Positions 20,444 through 30,009 of a stretch of DNA of 64,000 nucleotides are shown in pieces. A program made the position numbers and the translations under genes. Under the pieces are notes generated by a model. It was not told the DNA's origin, did no database searches, and was given only the letters and a program-made list of their open reading frames with translations. Every line of letters begins with the position of its first letter. Position 1 is the first letter of the stretch. The DNA is from a virus. The stretch spans positions 37,628 to 101,627 of the IMG/VR virus record IMGVR_UViG_3300022674_000045. One strand, given 5' to 3'.

Positions 20444-21303
20444 TATGCAGCTCCTGTTTCAGGTATCAATTCAATAAAATATTTTCCATCCGTTTGATTT
20501 AAGGCAACCACAAAATTGTTAAATTGACATTGGGTTGCAACGGCTCTCGATAGATTGATTATTATATCCCCACTTGTTCTTAAGGAATTTTTTGGGATTG
20601 AAAACTCTGACATTGGGAATAAACTACTCCCAACAAACACATCTACATCAGCTTGTTTATTTGCTTGTAGAATTGGAACTATTTTTTCCGGAAGGTTAAC
20701 AAATTTTTCTTCATTATCCGGATCTTCATATACAATATCATATGAGCAACTGTCAAGATGTTTTACATGATCCAACTCATATTTTTGAATAGATTGATCT
20801 TTTATGAGTTTTGAAATTGTATCATTATAGACCAACATTAATATTAGACTAGCTGCGTATCTCAAATCTTCTTTTGTTAATTCTGTTAGATACTTGCCCT
20901 CTGATTTGACTCTATACTCAACATTTTTTCTACAATCCACCATAAGATATCTTGAAGAAATATAAAGTCTTGCACTGATTTCTTTTAATCTGTCATATGT
21001 GAAATCTCTGCAATCCAAAACTAAATCACATTTTGGGATTTTAGTTTTTCCTTCAATATATTTCTCATTAAAACTGATTATTGTAACATCAGGATTTTTA
21101 CGAGAAATAATTTCATCTAGGGCGTCTGTCTTTTTCAAACCAACATCAATCTGTCGATATATGGAGTTTTTGAGGTTTTTTGATTCAACTGTATCGTGGT
21201 CTATAACTATTAGAGTTTCAAGAGTTTCAAGATTCGAAACAGCGTTGGCAACAAACCCTCCAAGGGTTCCAATGCCAATTACTGCGATTGATTTATATAC
21301 CAC
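20443..21303 (-). CDS. ThiF/E1-like adenylyltransferase (second copy) with C-terminal extra domain
   Basis: VIGIGTLGG, IDHDTVESKNL, DVGLKK and LVLDCRD motifs. Confidence 0.85.
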   Translation of the reverse strand: MVYKSIAVIGIGTLGGFVANAVSNLETLETLIVIDHDTVESKNLKNSIYRQIDVGLKKTDALDEIISRKNPDVTIISFNEKYIEGKTKIPKCDLVLDCRDFTYDRLKEISARLYISSRYLMVDCRKNVEYRVKSEGKYLTELTKEDLRYAASLILMLVYNDTISKLIKDQSIQKYELDHVKHLDSCSYDIVYEDPDNEEKFVNLPEKIVPILQANKQADVDVFVGSSLFPMSEFSIPKNSLRTSGDIIINLSRAVATQCQFNNFVVALNQTDGKYFIELIPETGAA

Positions 21304-21329
21304 GTCTCAATATTCTCCCTTTCTTAGTT

Positions 21330-21363
21330 CCTTGGTATGGAGAATTTAATCCCCATACCAAGG
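21330..21363 (-). promoter_or_regulatory. Intergenic hairpin
   Basis: CCTTGGTATGG / CCATACCAAGG 11-bp inverted repeat with no U-tract. Confidence 0.5.
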
Positions 21364-21370
21364 GAATGTT

Positions 21371-21952
21371 TTATGCTACAATATCTTGCAATTCTATTAG
21401 TTCAAAATCTTTTTTCTTACTATAAGTTCTGACAAACTCAATCTCTGTCGGACCAACAGGTTCTGGTCTGTATTGAGCTTTATATTTAAAATTTTTGTTC
21501 GCTATTTCAACAGGGTATGACAACGGTATTTCATATAAATATTTCTTTATATATTTATTACCTTCAAGCATCTGCATTTGTATGGGAGTATTTGGGTCAA
21601 TTGCCCTAAGCTCAGATACAATTGTTTGTCTAAAAATTGCATCATCTCGCTCATTTCTTATTTTCATCTCCCTCTTTACAAACTCATCTTGACGGCCTTT
21701 ACCATTTATTTTATAGAAATTTTCTTTTCGTTTAAGGGATTTAATAGCACGTCCAAAAGATTTGTTTTTCCCCTTTAAAATATTGAATGAATCTAATAGC
21801 GAACAGATTGAAATTCCTCTTGCTTCAATCCTACCTGCTTCAGAATTGAATAACAAACATACTGTCATTGCATTGCTCATGATTGGAGTTTTTACATTAT
21901 AGAAATTAATTCTATCAACTCCATGTATATCCAAGAAATTTTTATTTAACAT
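21371..21952 (-). CDS. Hypothetical protein
   Basis: 193 aa; ARGISICSLLDSFN..GKNK..GRA resembles a phage family; lies inside the Ub-like cluster. Confidence 0.65.
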   Translation of the reverse strand: MLNKNFLDIHGVDRINFYNVKTPIMSNAMTVCLLFNSEAGRIEARGISICSLLDSFNILKGKNKSFGRAIKSLKRKENFYKINGKGRQDEFVKREMKIRNERDDAIFRQTIVSELRAIDPNTPIQMQMLEGNKYIKKYLYEIPLSYPVEIANKNFKYKAQYRPEPVGPTEIEFVRTYSKKKDFELIELQDIVA

Positions 21953-21972
21953 GCTAATACCCCTTTGTTTGT

Positions 21973-21990
21973 GGGGGTCCGAAGACCCCC
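21973..21990 (-). promoter_or_regulatory. C(UUCG)G tetraloop hairpin 3' of the Ubl gene
   Basis: GGGGGTC-TTCG-GACCCCC on minus strand with no U-tract. Confidence 0.6.
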
Positions 21991-22006
21991 CATATTCAAC
22001 TCTATA

Positions 22007-22486
22007 CTAGCAACCCTTTTTGCCTGCGGGTTTCAGGAACTCAAGGTTGTCACCTTGCTTCAACACATAATCACCGCCAACGTCTTTGCCGCTGACCAGA
22101 CCGGTGGAAAGTTTGTCCACGTTCAGGACTTCCCGAAGGAACTCGCCCACCTGTTTCACACTACGACCCACGACTGGGAAGTTACCGGAAGAGGCACCGC
22201 ATGAAACATGAATGGTTGTGGTTGTGCGGCTTCCAAATTCACCGCTTGGTTTGGTGATAACGCTGCGACCTGTAAATTCAACACCAGCAATAGCACCAGT
22301 GCCTGTAGCAGGAGCCGCTTTGGTGATACTAACGGCCGAACGACCGAACTGACTAAGGATGGACGCAATCACGTCTTCCTTCGGACGTTTGGTGACTCCA
22401 ACAATACCCAACTCATCGACACACATACGTTTCAACTCTTTAGAGGTCTTCGCTTCCAATTCTTCTCTGGTAAAGTATGTACCCAT
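22007..22486 (-). CDS. Ubiquitin-like (beta-grasp) protein with N-terminal HeH/Rho-N-like domain
   Basis: Start MGTYF at 22486 after AAGGAG; C-terminal YVLKQGDNLEFLKPAGKKGC resembles prokaryotic Ub/PRTRC-C GxKG tails; GC-richer codons. Confidence 0.75.
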   Translation of the reverse strand: MGTYFTREELEAKTSKELKRMCVDELGIVGVTKRPKEDVIASILSQFGRSAVSITKAAPATGTGAIAGVEFTGRSVITKPSGEFGSRTTTTIHVSCGASSGNFPVVGRSVKQVGEFLREVLNVDKLSTGLVSGKDVGGDYVLKQGDNLEFLKPAGKKGC

Positions 22487-22507
22487 GTTACAATTCTCCT
22501 TTTTCAC

Positions 22508-23191
22508 TTAGTTGATTGCTCTAATTTTAGAGCTTGCGTTCATTGACAGAATATCAAAATAGATTTCTGATCTTTCATAGGACTCTTTAACTACTGCGTT
22601 ATAAAAAGTCCAACACATGATTGTTGCGACCCCCAAATTTGTAAAATATAGCTGGGGGTCAGAGTTAGCTAATTCTTCACATGACATCTCATTTGGTAAC
22701 TTGTCGGTTGGATTTGCAATCTCAGGATGGTATCTGCACAAATCAGGTGTAAGGTCTTTTCCTTCCTTACGAACATACAATTGTACATTTCCATCAGTAA
22801 ATTCATTTCCTCCGGAGATCAAAACAACATTTTTTAATTCTTTACAATAATTCCCTACTATCATCCGGGTCTTATGATTGTCAACGCCCATAAACACAAT
22901 ATCGCCTTCTAGAATAACTTCCGAAATGTTTTCCGGAGTTACATATTCTTCAAAGGCCTCCAACCTCAATTTAGGATACTTCATCTGGAGCTCACCGGCT
23001 TTAATATCAGCTTTATTCCCGAGTCTAACAAACTCTTGTCTTTCATAATTTTTTGCTTCGTATTTGTCTCCATCTACAAGCAAGATATCAGCTGATAAAT
23101 CATTTGAATAATTTAGAAATCGGCACAATCTTTCTATAAGGATTGAACCGACCCCGCCGAGCCCTATCACAACAATACCCATTTTATTCAT
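22508..23191 (-). CDS. ThiF/E1-like activating enzyme
   Basis: VIGLGGVG, LVDGD..NYERQ, NKA, GVDNHKTR and SCEE (candidate catalytic Cys). Confidence 0.9.
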   Translation of the reverse strand: MNKMGIVVIGLGGVGSILIERLCRFLNYSNDLSADILLVDGDKYEAKNYERQEFVRLGNKADIKAGELQMKYPKLRLEAFEEYVTPENISEVILEGDIVFMGVDNHKTRMIVGNYCKELKNVVLISGGNEFTDGNVQLYVRKEGKDLTPDLCRYHPEIANPTDKLPNEMSCEELANSDPQLYFTNLGVATIMCWTFYNAVVKESYERSEIYFDILSMNASSKIRAIN

Positions 23192-23193
23192 TG

Positions 23194-24873
23194 TTACTTC
23201 TCCTTCCCAAACACACGTTTAAACATTGCAAATAATGTATCTTCCCGTTTTTGAGCAGAGGGTGGTTCCGGGATTGGTTTGCTTGCTCCATTTGGTTCAG
23301 GAATTCTTTCAATAGTCTGATCGGATTTTATCGCCTCTTGAAGAGCTACACGATTAATCTCTTCAGTTTCCGCTGATAAATATTCACCTGAGTCAGTTCT
23401 ACTCTGTTCAATCAGTTGTGCTTCTTGTGAATAGCAGGCACTTCCCCCACGTATTTCATCCGGTGGGCTGTCGATCAGTGAATAACAGAACGGGCATTGT
23501 TTCTCATCAGCAAAACGATGAAAACTATTTCCGCAAGATGGACATGTAATAAAAGCTGATGGTGGTCTATAACCATCTTCTGGTTTAAGTGGTGAATCGT
23601 CTTCCTTGGTGTAATGATTTGGAAGTTCATCTTCATTTACTAAACTCAAATATTCATCGGTTTTACAATTTGGACATACTGGCAACATAAGAGCGTCTGT
23701 ATTATCCACGACGATTTGTTTACATTTATCACATTTATAAACTTCTGTTTCGTCAAAGTCGTCCTCTGATTGTTCTGCCAGGAATTTATGACCTCTGAAT
23801 ACACATGTCTTGCAGGGAAAGAACTCATCGTCTGCGCCATCGAATACCACATCATGTTTTGGAAACTCAATAGGTTTAACTTTTACGCCCACATTAAATG
23901 GACTGGCTGCTCTATTATCCATTCCTGGAAGTGGCAGCTGTTTTTGAGTTGGAGTTGTTCTGGCAGGAGCTGTATATCTTCCTGCTTGGTTCCACAATGA
24001 GGCATCGAAATTTCGACCCCATCCTGGACTCTGACTTCTATGTTGACCATAAACTCCATACCCATAGTTGTATCCGTAATTATTATATTGATATTGATAT
24101 GTGCCTTTTTCAACCATTCCCATCCACTCGGATGGAACTTTATGATACTTTTCGGATACATTAACCACATAGCGTTTGTCATATCTTCTATAAGAATATG
24201 AAAACTGATTGGTTGCTTCTTTAACTTCTTCCATCTTGCCATTGATCCATCTATAGACACGTCTGGTTGGCCTCTGCTCCACTTCATCAATGTCTTTTGT
24301 TTTGATCAATCGCTCTACATAGTCTTCTGGTTCGACAACAAATCTATGACCATTGGCAACAATTGAAGCTGTAATGCTAACCTCATCGTTATTGACATTA
24401 CCAACGGTGATATGTAATCCATCAAAATGTTCTTCATCTTTATCATCCGTTCCTGAATGAAATGCTGACATGCTGGCATGACTATGAATTGTGCCAACCA
24501 TTGTCATTCCTTCTATGGTAATAGCTTTGTTATAATCACATGCTGCACCTGTCACTTTTTGATGCGGGGGAACAATTTTATAAACTCTTTTTGTTTCATC
24601 ATAAAATAAAAGGACAATTGATTCCCCATAATATTCTTTATATACCTCTCTGAAAAATGCAACAACTCTAGCAAATTGCCCGCCAGGAATCTTTTTAATG
24701 TTCATACGGGCCATCTTTTCAACACTCTCCAAAATGGAAATATTCTGAACTGGAGCGATACTTTCCATAATTCCCATTTTCTTCTTTAGAAAAATCCCCT
24801 CTTTCGCTACGATATAACATATATCATCATCCGGGATGGGGGAAGTCCCATCATTCACATGAATCTTGAACAT
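23194..24873 (-). CDS. JAB/MPN+ metallo-isopeptidase with C-terminal Zn ribbons
   Basis: E..GTIHSHASMSAFHSGTD JAMM motif; several CxxC pairs; start MFKIH at 24873 after AGGAG. Confidence 0.88.
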   Translation of the reverse strand: MFKIHVNDGTSPIPDDDICYIVAKEGIFLKKKMGIMESIAPVQNISILESVEKMARMNIKKIPGGQFARVVAFFREVYKEYYGESIVLLFYDETKRVYKIVPPHQKVTGAACDYNKAITIEGMTMVGTIHSHASMSAFHSGTDDKDEEHFDGLHITVGNVNNDEVSITASIVANGHRFVVEPEDYVERLIKTKDIDEVEQRPTRRVYRWINGKMEEVKEATNQFSYSYRRYDKRYVVNVSEKYHKVPSEWMGMVEKGTYQYQYNNYGYNYGYGVYGQHRSQSPGWGRNFDASLWNQAGRYTAPARTTPTQKQLPLPGMDNRAASPFNVGVKVKPIEFPKHDVVFDGADDEFFPCKTCVFRGHKFLAEQSEDDFDETEVYKCDKCKQIVVDNTDALMLPVCPNCKTDEYLSLVNEDELPNHYTKEDDSPLKPEDGYRPPSAFITCPSCGNSFHRFADEKQCPFCYSLIDSPPDEIRGGSACYSQEAQLIEQSRTDSGEYLSAETEEINRVALQEAIKSDQTIERIPEPNGASKPIPEPPSAQKREDTLFAMFKRVFGKEK

Positions 24874-27487
24874 GAAGGAAACTCCTCTCTTCTTGTAAAA
24901 ATTGAAGTTGTGATAATGAATTTTCAATAAACAATCCATGGAAATTAGGAAATGCCCATGTGGCTTCCATTTTAGATTGCTCTGTTGGACTTATTCTTGG
25001 ATTTGGAATACAATCCAATACTGTGTGGTTCTTTACATAATTGTCTATTGTATATGTTTCTGGATACGATGTGTAATATCCAAGAGACATCATTCTTGGG
25101 GTTTTGCTTTCATTAGTTCTTATAACTAACCACCCAAATGAATTTTGATAATCCCCACCAACACCTGTTAAAATATCACCAGGTTGTGGTTTAATCTTTG
25201 TAATGTCAATTGGAGCGTGGGCTAATGTTGCCCATTTTTTCGACTTCATCCCCACTCTTTTAAATTTCTCCATCATATCACTATACCACAATGTACAACA
25301 ATTTGAGCATAGAACTAATGGTTCATCTCCACCCGTATCTGTGATAAATCCAATAATAATATTTACATCTTTCTTTGGGAAATGTGGAATATAACCATGT
25401 TGTGCAATAATCTTAGTTCCAGCTGTAACTCTATCGAATTTGTTGGTTATCTTTCTAATTTTGCCAACACTTATTATTGATGAACCTCTACTACCTGATA
25501 TACCCTTCACATATTCAACTTGTGTTAAAGCTCCATCTTTATCACTTAACACAAAATTCAATGTGCCTTTAGCTTCATCTATCGTGAATGCTGTGATTGT
25601 TCTTACCATCAGCATATTAATTGGGTTATTCCAATCAGAAAATACGACCTTATCTCCAAGATCAAACCTAATGTTGAGATCAAAACTTTCAACTTCAAAT
25701 GTAAGGCCATCATTTTTGATTAGATGTTCTGCTACTTGTTTAATATCGGGGGTTGATGTAGAGTGATTATTATCATAAACAACTCCGCCTGGTGTTGCCC
25801 AACAATAACTCTCAACTCCAGCATGCCTCATATCAGTCTGAGATAATAACTTTCTCCCAACACGAAATACTTGTGGTAATGGTCTGATTTCATCTGCTGT
25901 AAATAATCTTCTTTGCTTTCGACCAAGCATTGACATTCTTCTAGATGAACTATCTCGTACCTGTAAATTATATCGTTGATCTTGGGGTGAGTACGATTTG
26001 TCTGTTCCCACAAATGAAAATTTCAAAGTTCCATCTTCACGAACATCAAGACCAGTATATTGAGCATTACTTCCAGCATGATATGGCCCAGAGTTTACTG
26101 AACGGATAATAACGTAATTTTCTTCTTTGTTCAATATAATATTATCATATTTCGGAGTATCTAAATTAAAAAGTTCTCCTTCTGTATTTTCAAGAATATA
26201 AAATGAATTACCTATTCTTGCTTCCGTAACTCCATCTCTTGCATTTCTAATGAAATGAACTTTTCTGTAACTTGGATTTCCATACCCATCTTTGACGACT
26301 ATAATATCGCCTTCTTTAATAACTGTCCCATTTTTCATTGTGCCTTGTTCATCATATCTTAATTTTTTGGCACCTGCATGGATGAAATCCTTAACTTTTG
26401 TATTAAACTTAACTTTGATTAATTTTTCATTATCTAACTGAAGTCTTATTTCACGAATAACATCTGTTTCTGTAAAACCAATGAAAGAATCAATATAGGC
26501 TATATGTTTACCCCAAGGAATAGGATCTCCAACATGGACATAGAACGTACTGTCTAAATAAATTCCTTGTGCAATATCATAATATAATCTGATCTTTTTT
26601 CTTGATCTTGAATAAGGAAGAGCGTCCTTTCCTGTATCTCCAGGTGATGTAAAAAGATGCTCTAATTCTTTATACCCAAGATGTGTCATTGGCATATTAT
26701 GATGTTGATCTTTCAAATGCTGGAGAGTTTGGTATATATTTTTATCCATTTTGATCCAATCAACACTATAGATAAACATTGGATCAATTTGTGATAATGC
26801 TTGCCATCCTAGATATGTGCTAACTCCAGGAACATCTTTATATGCTGTATAATTATATGTATAGTCGGAATTAAATGTTGCTGACCAAAACACCATAATA
26901 GTGTTTTCAATTGCATCATGCAATGTATTGAAATCTCCATGTGCTTTATCACCAAAACAAATATGTTGGTTGCTGCTAATATTCATCAATGGAGCTTTCA
27001 ATAGATAGTCGCTAAGGCCTGCCAATCTAGCATTTCTTAAATATGATTGACCAGCTATAAGATGATTCACTTCATCAAACATCAAAATGAAGATAACATA
27101 CGGAAATGCAAGATTAAATTTAAACGGAGCATTAGTGAAATCAGAATAATATTTTGTGTCTATGTTCCATTCTTCAATTTTTCCTTCTGATTTCAATTTT
27201 GCTATTTCTTGCTCCATCGGATAACCAACACTAATGGTTCTATATGCTGGTGGTTCCTCAATAACAACAATATATCCATTTCTTAATTTTTCAATATATC
27301 TACAATTTGGAGGTAACACAGATGCTCCACCAAAACCTGAAGTGATCTTTTGTAAATAATTTTTTGTTAAATGGACACTTCTTCTTACTTTTGGGGTTGA
27401 TGGTTGATCCAACCCCTCAGGATATTCTGAATGTAATAATTGAACGTACTTTGGGTTAATTCTTATTTCCTCTACAGTTTCAGGCAT
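24851..27487 (-). CDS. Prokaryotic E2 family D (PRTRC-B-like) domain fused to a long beta-rich C-terminal region
   Basis: AFPYVIF..APLMNI..HICFG..FWSATFN pattern; 878 aa; adjacent to JAB, E1 and Ubl genes. Confidence 0.7.
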   Translation of the reverse strand: MPETVEEIRINPKYVQLLHSEYPEGLDQPSTPKVRRSVHLTKNYLQKITSGFGGASVLPPNCRYIEKLRNGYIVVIEEPPAYRTISVGYPMEQEIAKLKSEGKIEEWNIDTKYYSDFTNAPFKFNLAFPYVIFILMFDEVNHLIAGQSYLRNARLAGLSDYLLKAPLMNISSNQHICFGDKAHGDFNTLHDAIENTIMVFWSATFNSDYTYNYTAYKDVPGVSTYLGWQALSQIDPMFIYSVDWIKMDKNIYQTLQHLKDQHHNMPMTHLGYKELEHLFTSPGDTGKDALPYSRSRKKIRLYYDIAQGIYLDSTFYVHVGDPIPWGKHIAYIDSFIGFTETDVIREIRLQLDNEKLIKVKFNTKVKDFIHAGAKKLRYDEQGTMKNGTVIKEGDIIVVKDGYGNPSYRKVHFIRNARDGVTEARIGNSFYILENTEGELFNLDTPKYDNIILNKEENYVIIRSVNSGPYHAGSNAQYTGLDVREDGTLKFSFVGTDKSYSPQDQRYNLQVRDSSSRRMSMLGRKQRRLFTADEIRPLPQVFRVGRKLLSQTDMRHAGVESYCWATPGGVVYDNNHSTSTPDIKQVAEHLIKNDGLTFEVESFDLNIRFDLGDKVVFSDWNNPINMLMVRTITAFTIDEAKGTLNFVLSDKDGALTQVEYVKGISGSRGSSIISVGKIRKITNKFDRVTAGTKIIAQHGYIPHFPKKDVNIIIGFITDTGGDEPLVLCSNCCTLWYSDMMEKFKRVGMKSKKWATLAHAPIDITKIKPQPGDILTGVGGDYQNSFGWLVIRTNESKTPRMMSLGYYTSYPETYTIDNYVKNHTVLDCIPNPRISPTEQSKMEATWAFPNFHGLFIENSLSQLQFLQEERSFLHVQDSCE

Positions 27488-27858
27488 TATTCACCTCTTA
27501 AAAATTTGTATTGTTTCGCATAATGAGTTAATATCTTTTCTGGACGATCATCTGGAATCTCCCATACTTTTTGTCTCTTTAATGATGAATCGTCTTTTGA
27601 TATTTGGGCAATTGACATGGAATAAAGAATTGTAAGATATAGATCAGCCGTTTCTCTCTCTAGTGTTAGAAAGGCGATCTCTTTTTTAGTTCGACCAGGA
27701 ACTTCTAATGCGAGGAAAATATTAGGACCCTTCGGAAGCTGTTTAATATGTGTAATGTTGGTCTGTTCCTCCTTTTGAATCTGGTCGCACAGCTCCCTTA
27801 CTTTTTGTGTTTTATCGTCTGTTTTTATTTCTGCTAAAATGCTTTGGAGTATTGTCAA
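27487..27858 (-). CDS. Hypothetical protein
   Basis: 123 aa; coupled to E2 gene. Confidence 0.65.
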   Translation of the reverse strand: MTILQSILAEIKTDDKTQKVRELCDQIQKEEQTNITHIKQLPKGPNIFLALEVPGRTKKEIAFLTLERETADLYLTILYSMSIAQISKDDSSLKRQKVWEIPDDRPEKILTHYAKQYKFLRGE

Positions 27859-27861
27859 AGT

Positions 27862-28200
27862 TTATCTCCTTTTCTTTGTGTAATATCTCCTATCTGCGGT
27901 ATCCATATATTCGACTCTTTCAAATGGAACCGATCTCCATGCTTTCTTTTCAAGGTCATAGACATGCATGATTTTATTCTTTTGAATAAGTTTCAAAATG
28001 TGTTGAATGTTTACACCTTTTGGATGATCTTTTACAGGAATCTTTTTAAAATCCAAGGTACATCTCATGATTCTTTCTGTATCATCCTTTTTTGTAAATT
28101 TTATAACAACATCTTTTTCCTCATAAACCTTCTTCCAAAATTGTAATGCACTAACTATTATATCAGAGTTAATTTTATCTTCTTGGTTATCATCAGGCAT
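27862..28200 (-). CDS. WYL_2 / Sm-like SH3 beta-barrel phage protein
   Basis: FTKKDDTERIMRCTL...VYDLEKKAWRS motif. Confidence 0.75.
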   Translation of the reverse strand: MPDDNQEDKINSDIIVSALQFWKKVYEEKDVVIKFTKKDDTERIMRCTLDFKKIPVKDHPKGVNIQHILKLIQKNKIMHVYDLEKKAWRSVPFERVEYMDTADRRYYTKKRR

Positions 28201-29253
28201 TTATTTATCCTCCCTCTTATCAATATGAACTAAATCATCTTCCCCATCGCCTGATTCATCAATATACTTGCTCATCATTAAACATGAATGATTGCAGAGT
28301 TTACACATTCTGTTTTTATCGGTTTTGATTGATTCTAAGAATGCCTTGGATACTCTTTCAGGATCCTCTAAATCAAATAGATTCTCCAAACTAAATATCT
28401 GTGGTGTTACTGATCCACGAATCCTCAAACATAATCGAATGCTAGCATCTGCATCAACAGTTATATTGTGAATACCATTCTCTAATTGGCAATCGAAATT
28501 AGATGGTAATGTATCATACATCATTGGAAGTAAGACGTCGGCCATATGAATTAATAGAGTATCATCGTCCATCATGTTATTGAATAACATTGCCAATTCA
28601 AATGTTGGTTTCACTAAAGGGGAATAATCTGTAATATTTGAAAAATCATAATATATGTTTTTTGCGATATCTACGAATGTAATATCACTATATATTCCTG
28701 CATCGCTTAACTCTCCCACAAGATCATATAGGAGGTGTTTGTTATGATTCATGACTGTGATCTCTGCAACAACATCTTTTACGAAACCACTGTCCTGCAT
28801 CATTTTTAATCTCTTTAAACCTTCAACACTCTTTTTAACACGATCTTCACTTGAACCAATTTCATTAAATACAGGATCTACTGAACTTGTAAACCCTTCA
28901 AGATAATCGGTCTCTCTCATTAGCTTTTTAATCAAGGGTTGAATTTCCGGAGTGTTGTTGCTAATGATCGTATAGAAGATTTTGTTTTCATTACAATAAT
29001 TGATTATTATTGATAAATCTTTTCTCAATAACGGCTCTCCGCCATAGAATATATGAAATGCATTTGGGTTATGAATTTTAAATGCTCTAAGACCAGCTAT
29101 AACCATTTCTGTTGACATTTCATTTTTAATATAATGTGCCATGTCAGGATAACTACCTGGTTTGTTCGGGTAATTCTTGACTATGGCACAATATTCACAT
29201 TTAAGATTACATCGTCTTGTCAATATCCAATTGACTATTCGGATTTTACTCAT
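28201..29253 (-). CDS. Radical SAM enzyme with C-terminal SPASM/twitch-like Cys cluster
   Basis: CNLKCEYC, GGEPLL; C-terminal C..LC..CKLCNHSC; likely start MSKIR. Confidence 0.88.
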   Translation of the reverse strand: MSKIRIVNWILTRRCNLKCEYCAIVKNYPNKPGSYPDMAHYIKNEMSTEMVIAGLRAFKIHNPNAFHIFYGGEPLLRKDLSIIINYCNENKIFYTIISNNTPEIQPLIKKLMRETDYLEGFTSSVDPVFNEIGSSEDRVKKSVEGLKRLKMMQDSGFVKDVVAEITVMNHNKHLLYDLVGELSDAGIYSDITFVDIAKNIYYDFSNITDYSPLVKPTFELAMLFNNMMDDDTLLIHMADVLLPMMYDTLPSNFDCQLENGIHNITVDADASIRLCLRIRGSVTPQIFSLENLFDLEDPERVSKAFLESIKTDKNRMCKLCNHSCLMMSKYIDESGDGEDDLVHIDKREDK

Positions 29254-29618
29254 TAGGCTTGCTCCCATACACGAAGTATTCCACCTTGATCTTTTATTTC
29301 TTGCTCAAAAGTTCTCCACTCTCTATGCTGATTAGCTTCTGCAAAAACGGCTATCTTTCCGTCTAATATTACTTTCAGGCAGTCTTCATACTGTTTTGAA
29401 GTTAGGCGTGCCCACTCTTTCGGTCCACGAGCAAGATCAATCCAATCACAAGGATCTGCTTGGGTATAAGATATAAGATGTTCTTTTGTTTTGAAGCTTC
29501 TTAATCTTTCCCATTTTACAAACTTCCATTCCAAATGATCTCTACAAATCGGGTGGTCTGCTTCAAATACAAAACAAATAGATGAACTGTTTGTAACGAA
29601 ATCAAATTTGATTTTCAT
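29253..29618 (-). CDS. DFVTNSS-motif protein 1
   Basis: N-terminus MKIKFDFVTNSSS; stop overlaps radical SAM start. Confidence 0.75.
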   Translation of the reverse strand: MKIKFDFVTNSSSICFVFEADHPICRDHLEWKFVKWERLRSFKTKEHLISYTQADPCDWIDLARGPKEWARLTSKQYEDCLKVILDGKIAVFAEANQHREWRTFEQEIKDQGGILRVWEQA

Positions 29619-30001
29619 TATGAAAGTTCCTCAGCAACCATATCAATATACTTTGATCTTTCAAATTCATCACATGCTTGATAATCAACTGCACAATATA
29701 CCGCAACGTGCTCTTCATCTACAACCTCTTTTATTTTCAAATATAACTCTTTATCAAGGTTATGGAATCGAAGGCCTCCCATTGGTTTAGATGCCCAATC
29801 ATATGGACGCCCATTTGTCCAGTCTTGAAGTTCTTGTAAATTATAGAAAACCCGATATATTCCAACACCTTCATTTTGATAATTAGGATTTTCATTTAAT
29901 TTAGCTACGTATTCTTCAAATTGCGGAACTTCATCTGGTGGGAGACTCATAATGTAACAAGCCGATGAACTGTTTGTTACAAAATCAGATTTTATCCTCA
30001 T
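29618..30001 (-). CDS. DFVTNSS-motif protein 2
   Basis: N-terminus MRIKSDFVTNSSS. Confidence 0.75.
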   Translation of the reverse strand: MRIKSDFVTNSSSACYIMSLPPDEVPQFEEYVAKLNENPNYQNEGVGIYRVFYNLQELQDWTNGRPYDWASKPMGGLRFHNLDKELYLKIKEVVDEEHVAVYCAVDYQACDEFERSKYIDMVAEELS

Positions 30002-30009
30002 ACTTTCTC

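Noticed and set aside
20443-23191. ThiF/MoeB genes for thiamine or molybdopterin synthesis
   Set aside because: No thiG, moaE or other cofactor genes; neighbours are E2, JAB and Ubl genes
28201-29268. QueE assignment for the radical SAM gene
   Set aside because: It is longer than QueE, lacks the typical QueE F.R..GC...C..CDT context, and has an extra C-terminal Cys cluster
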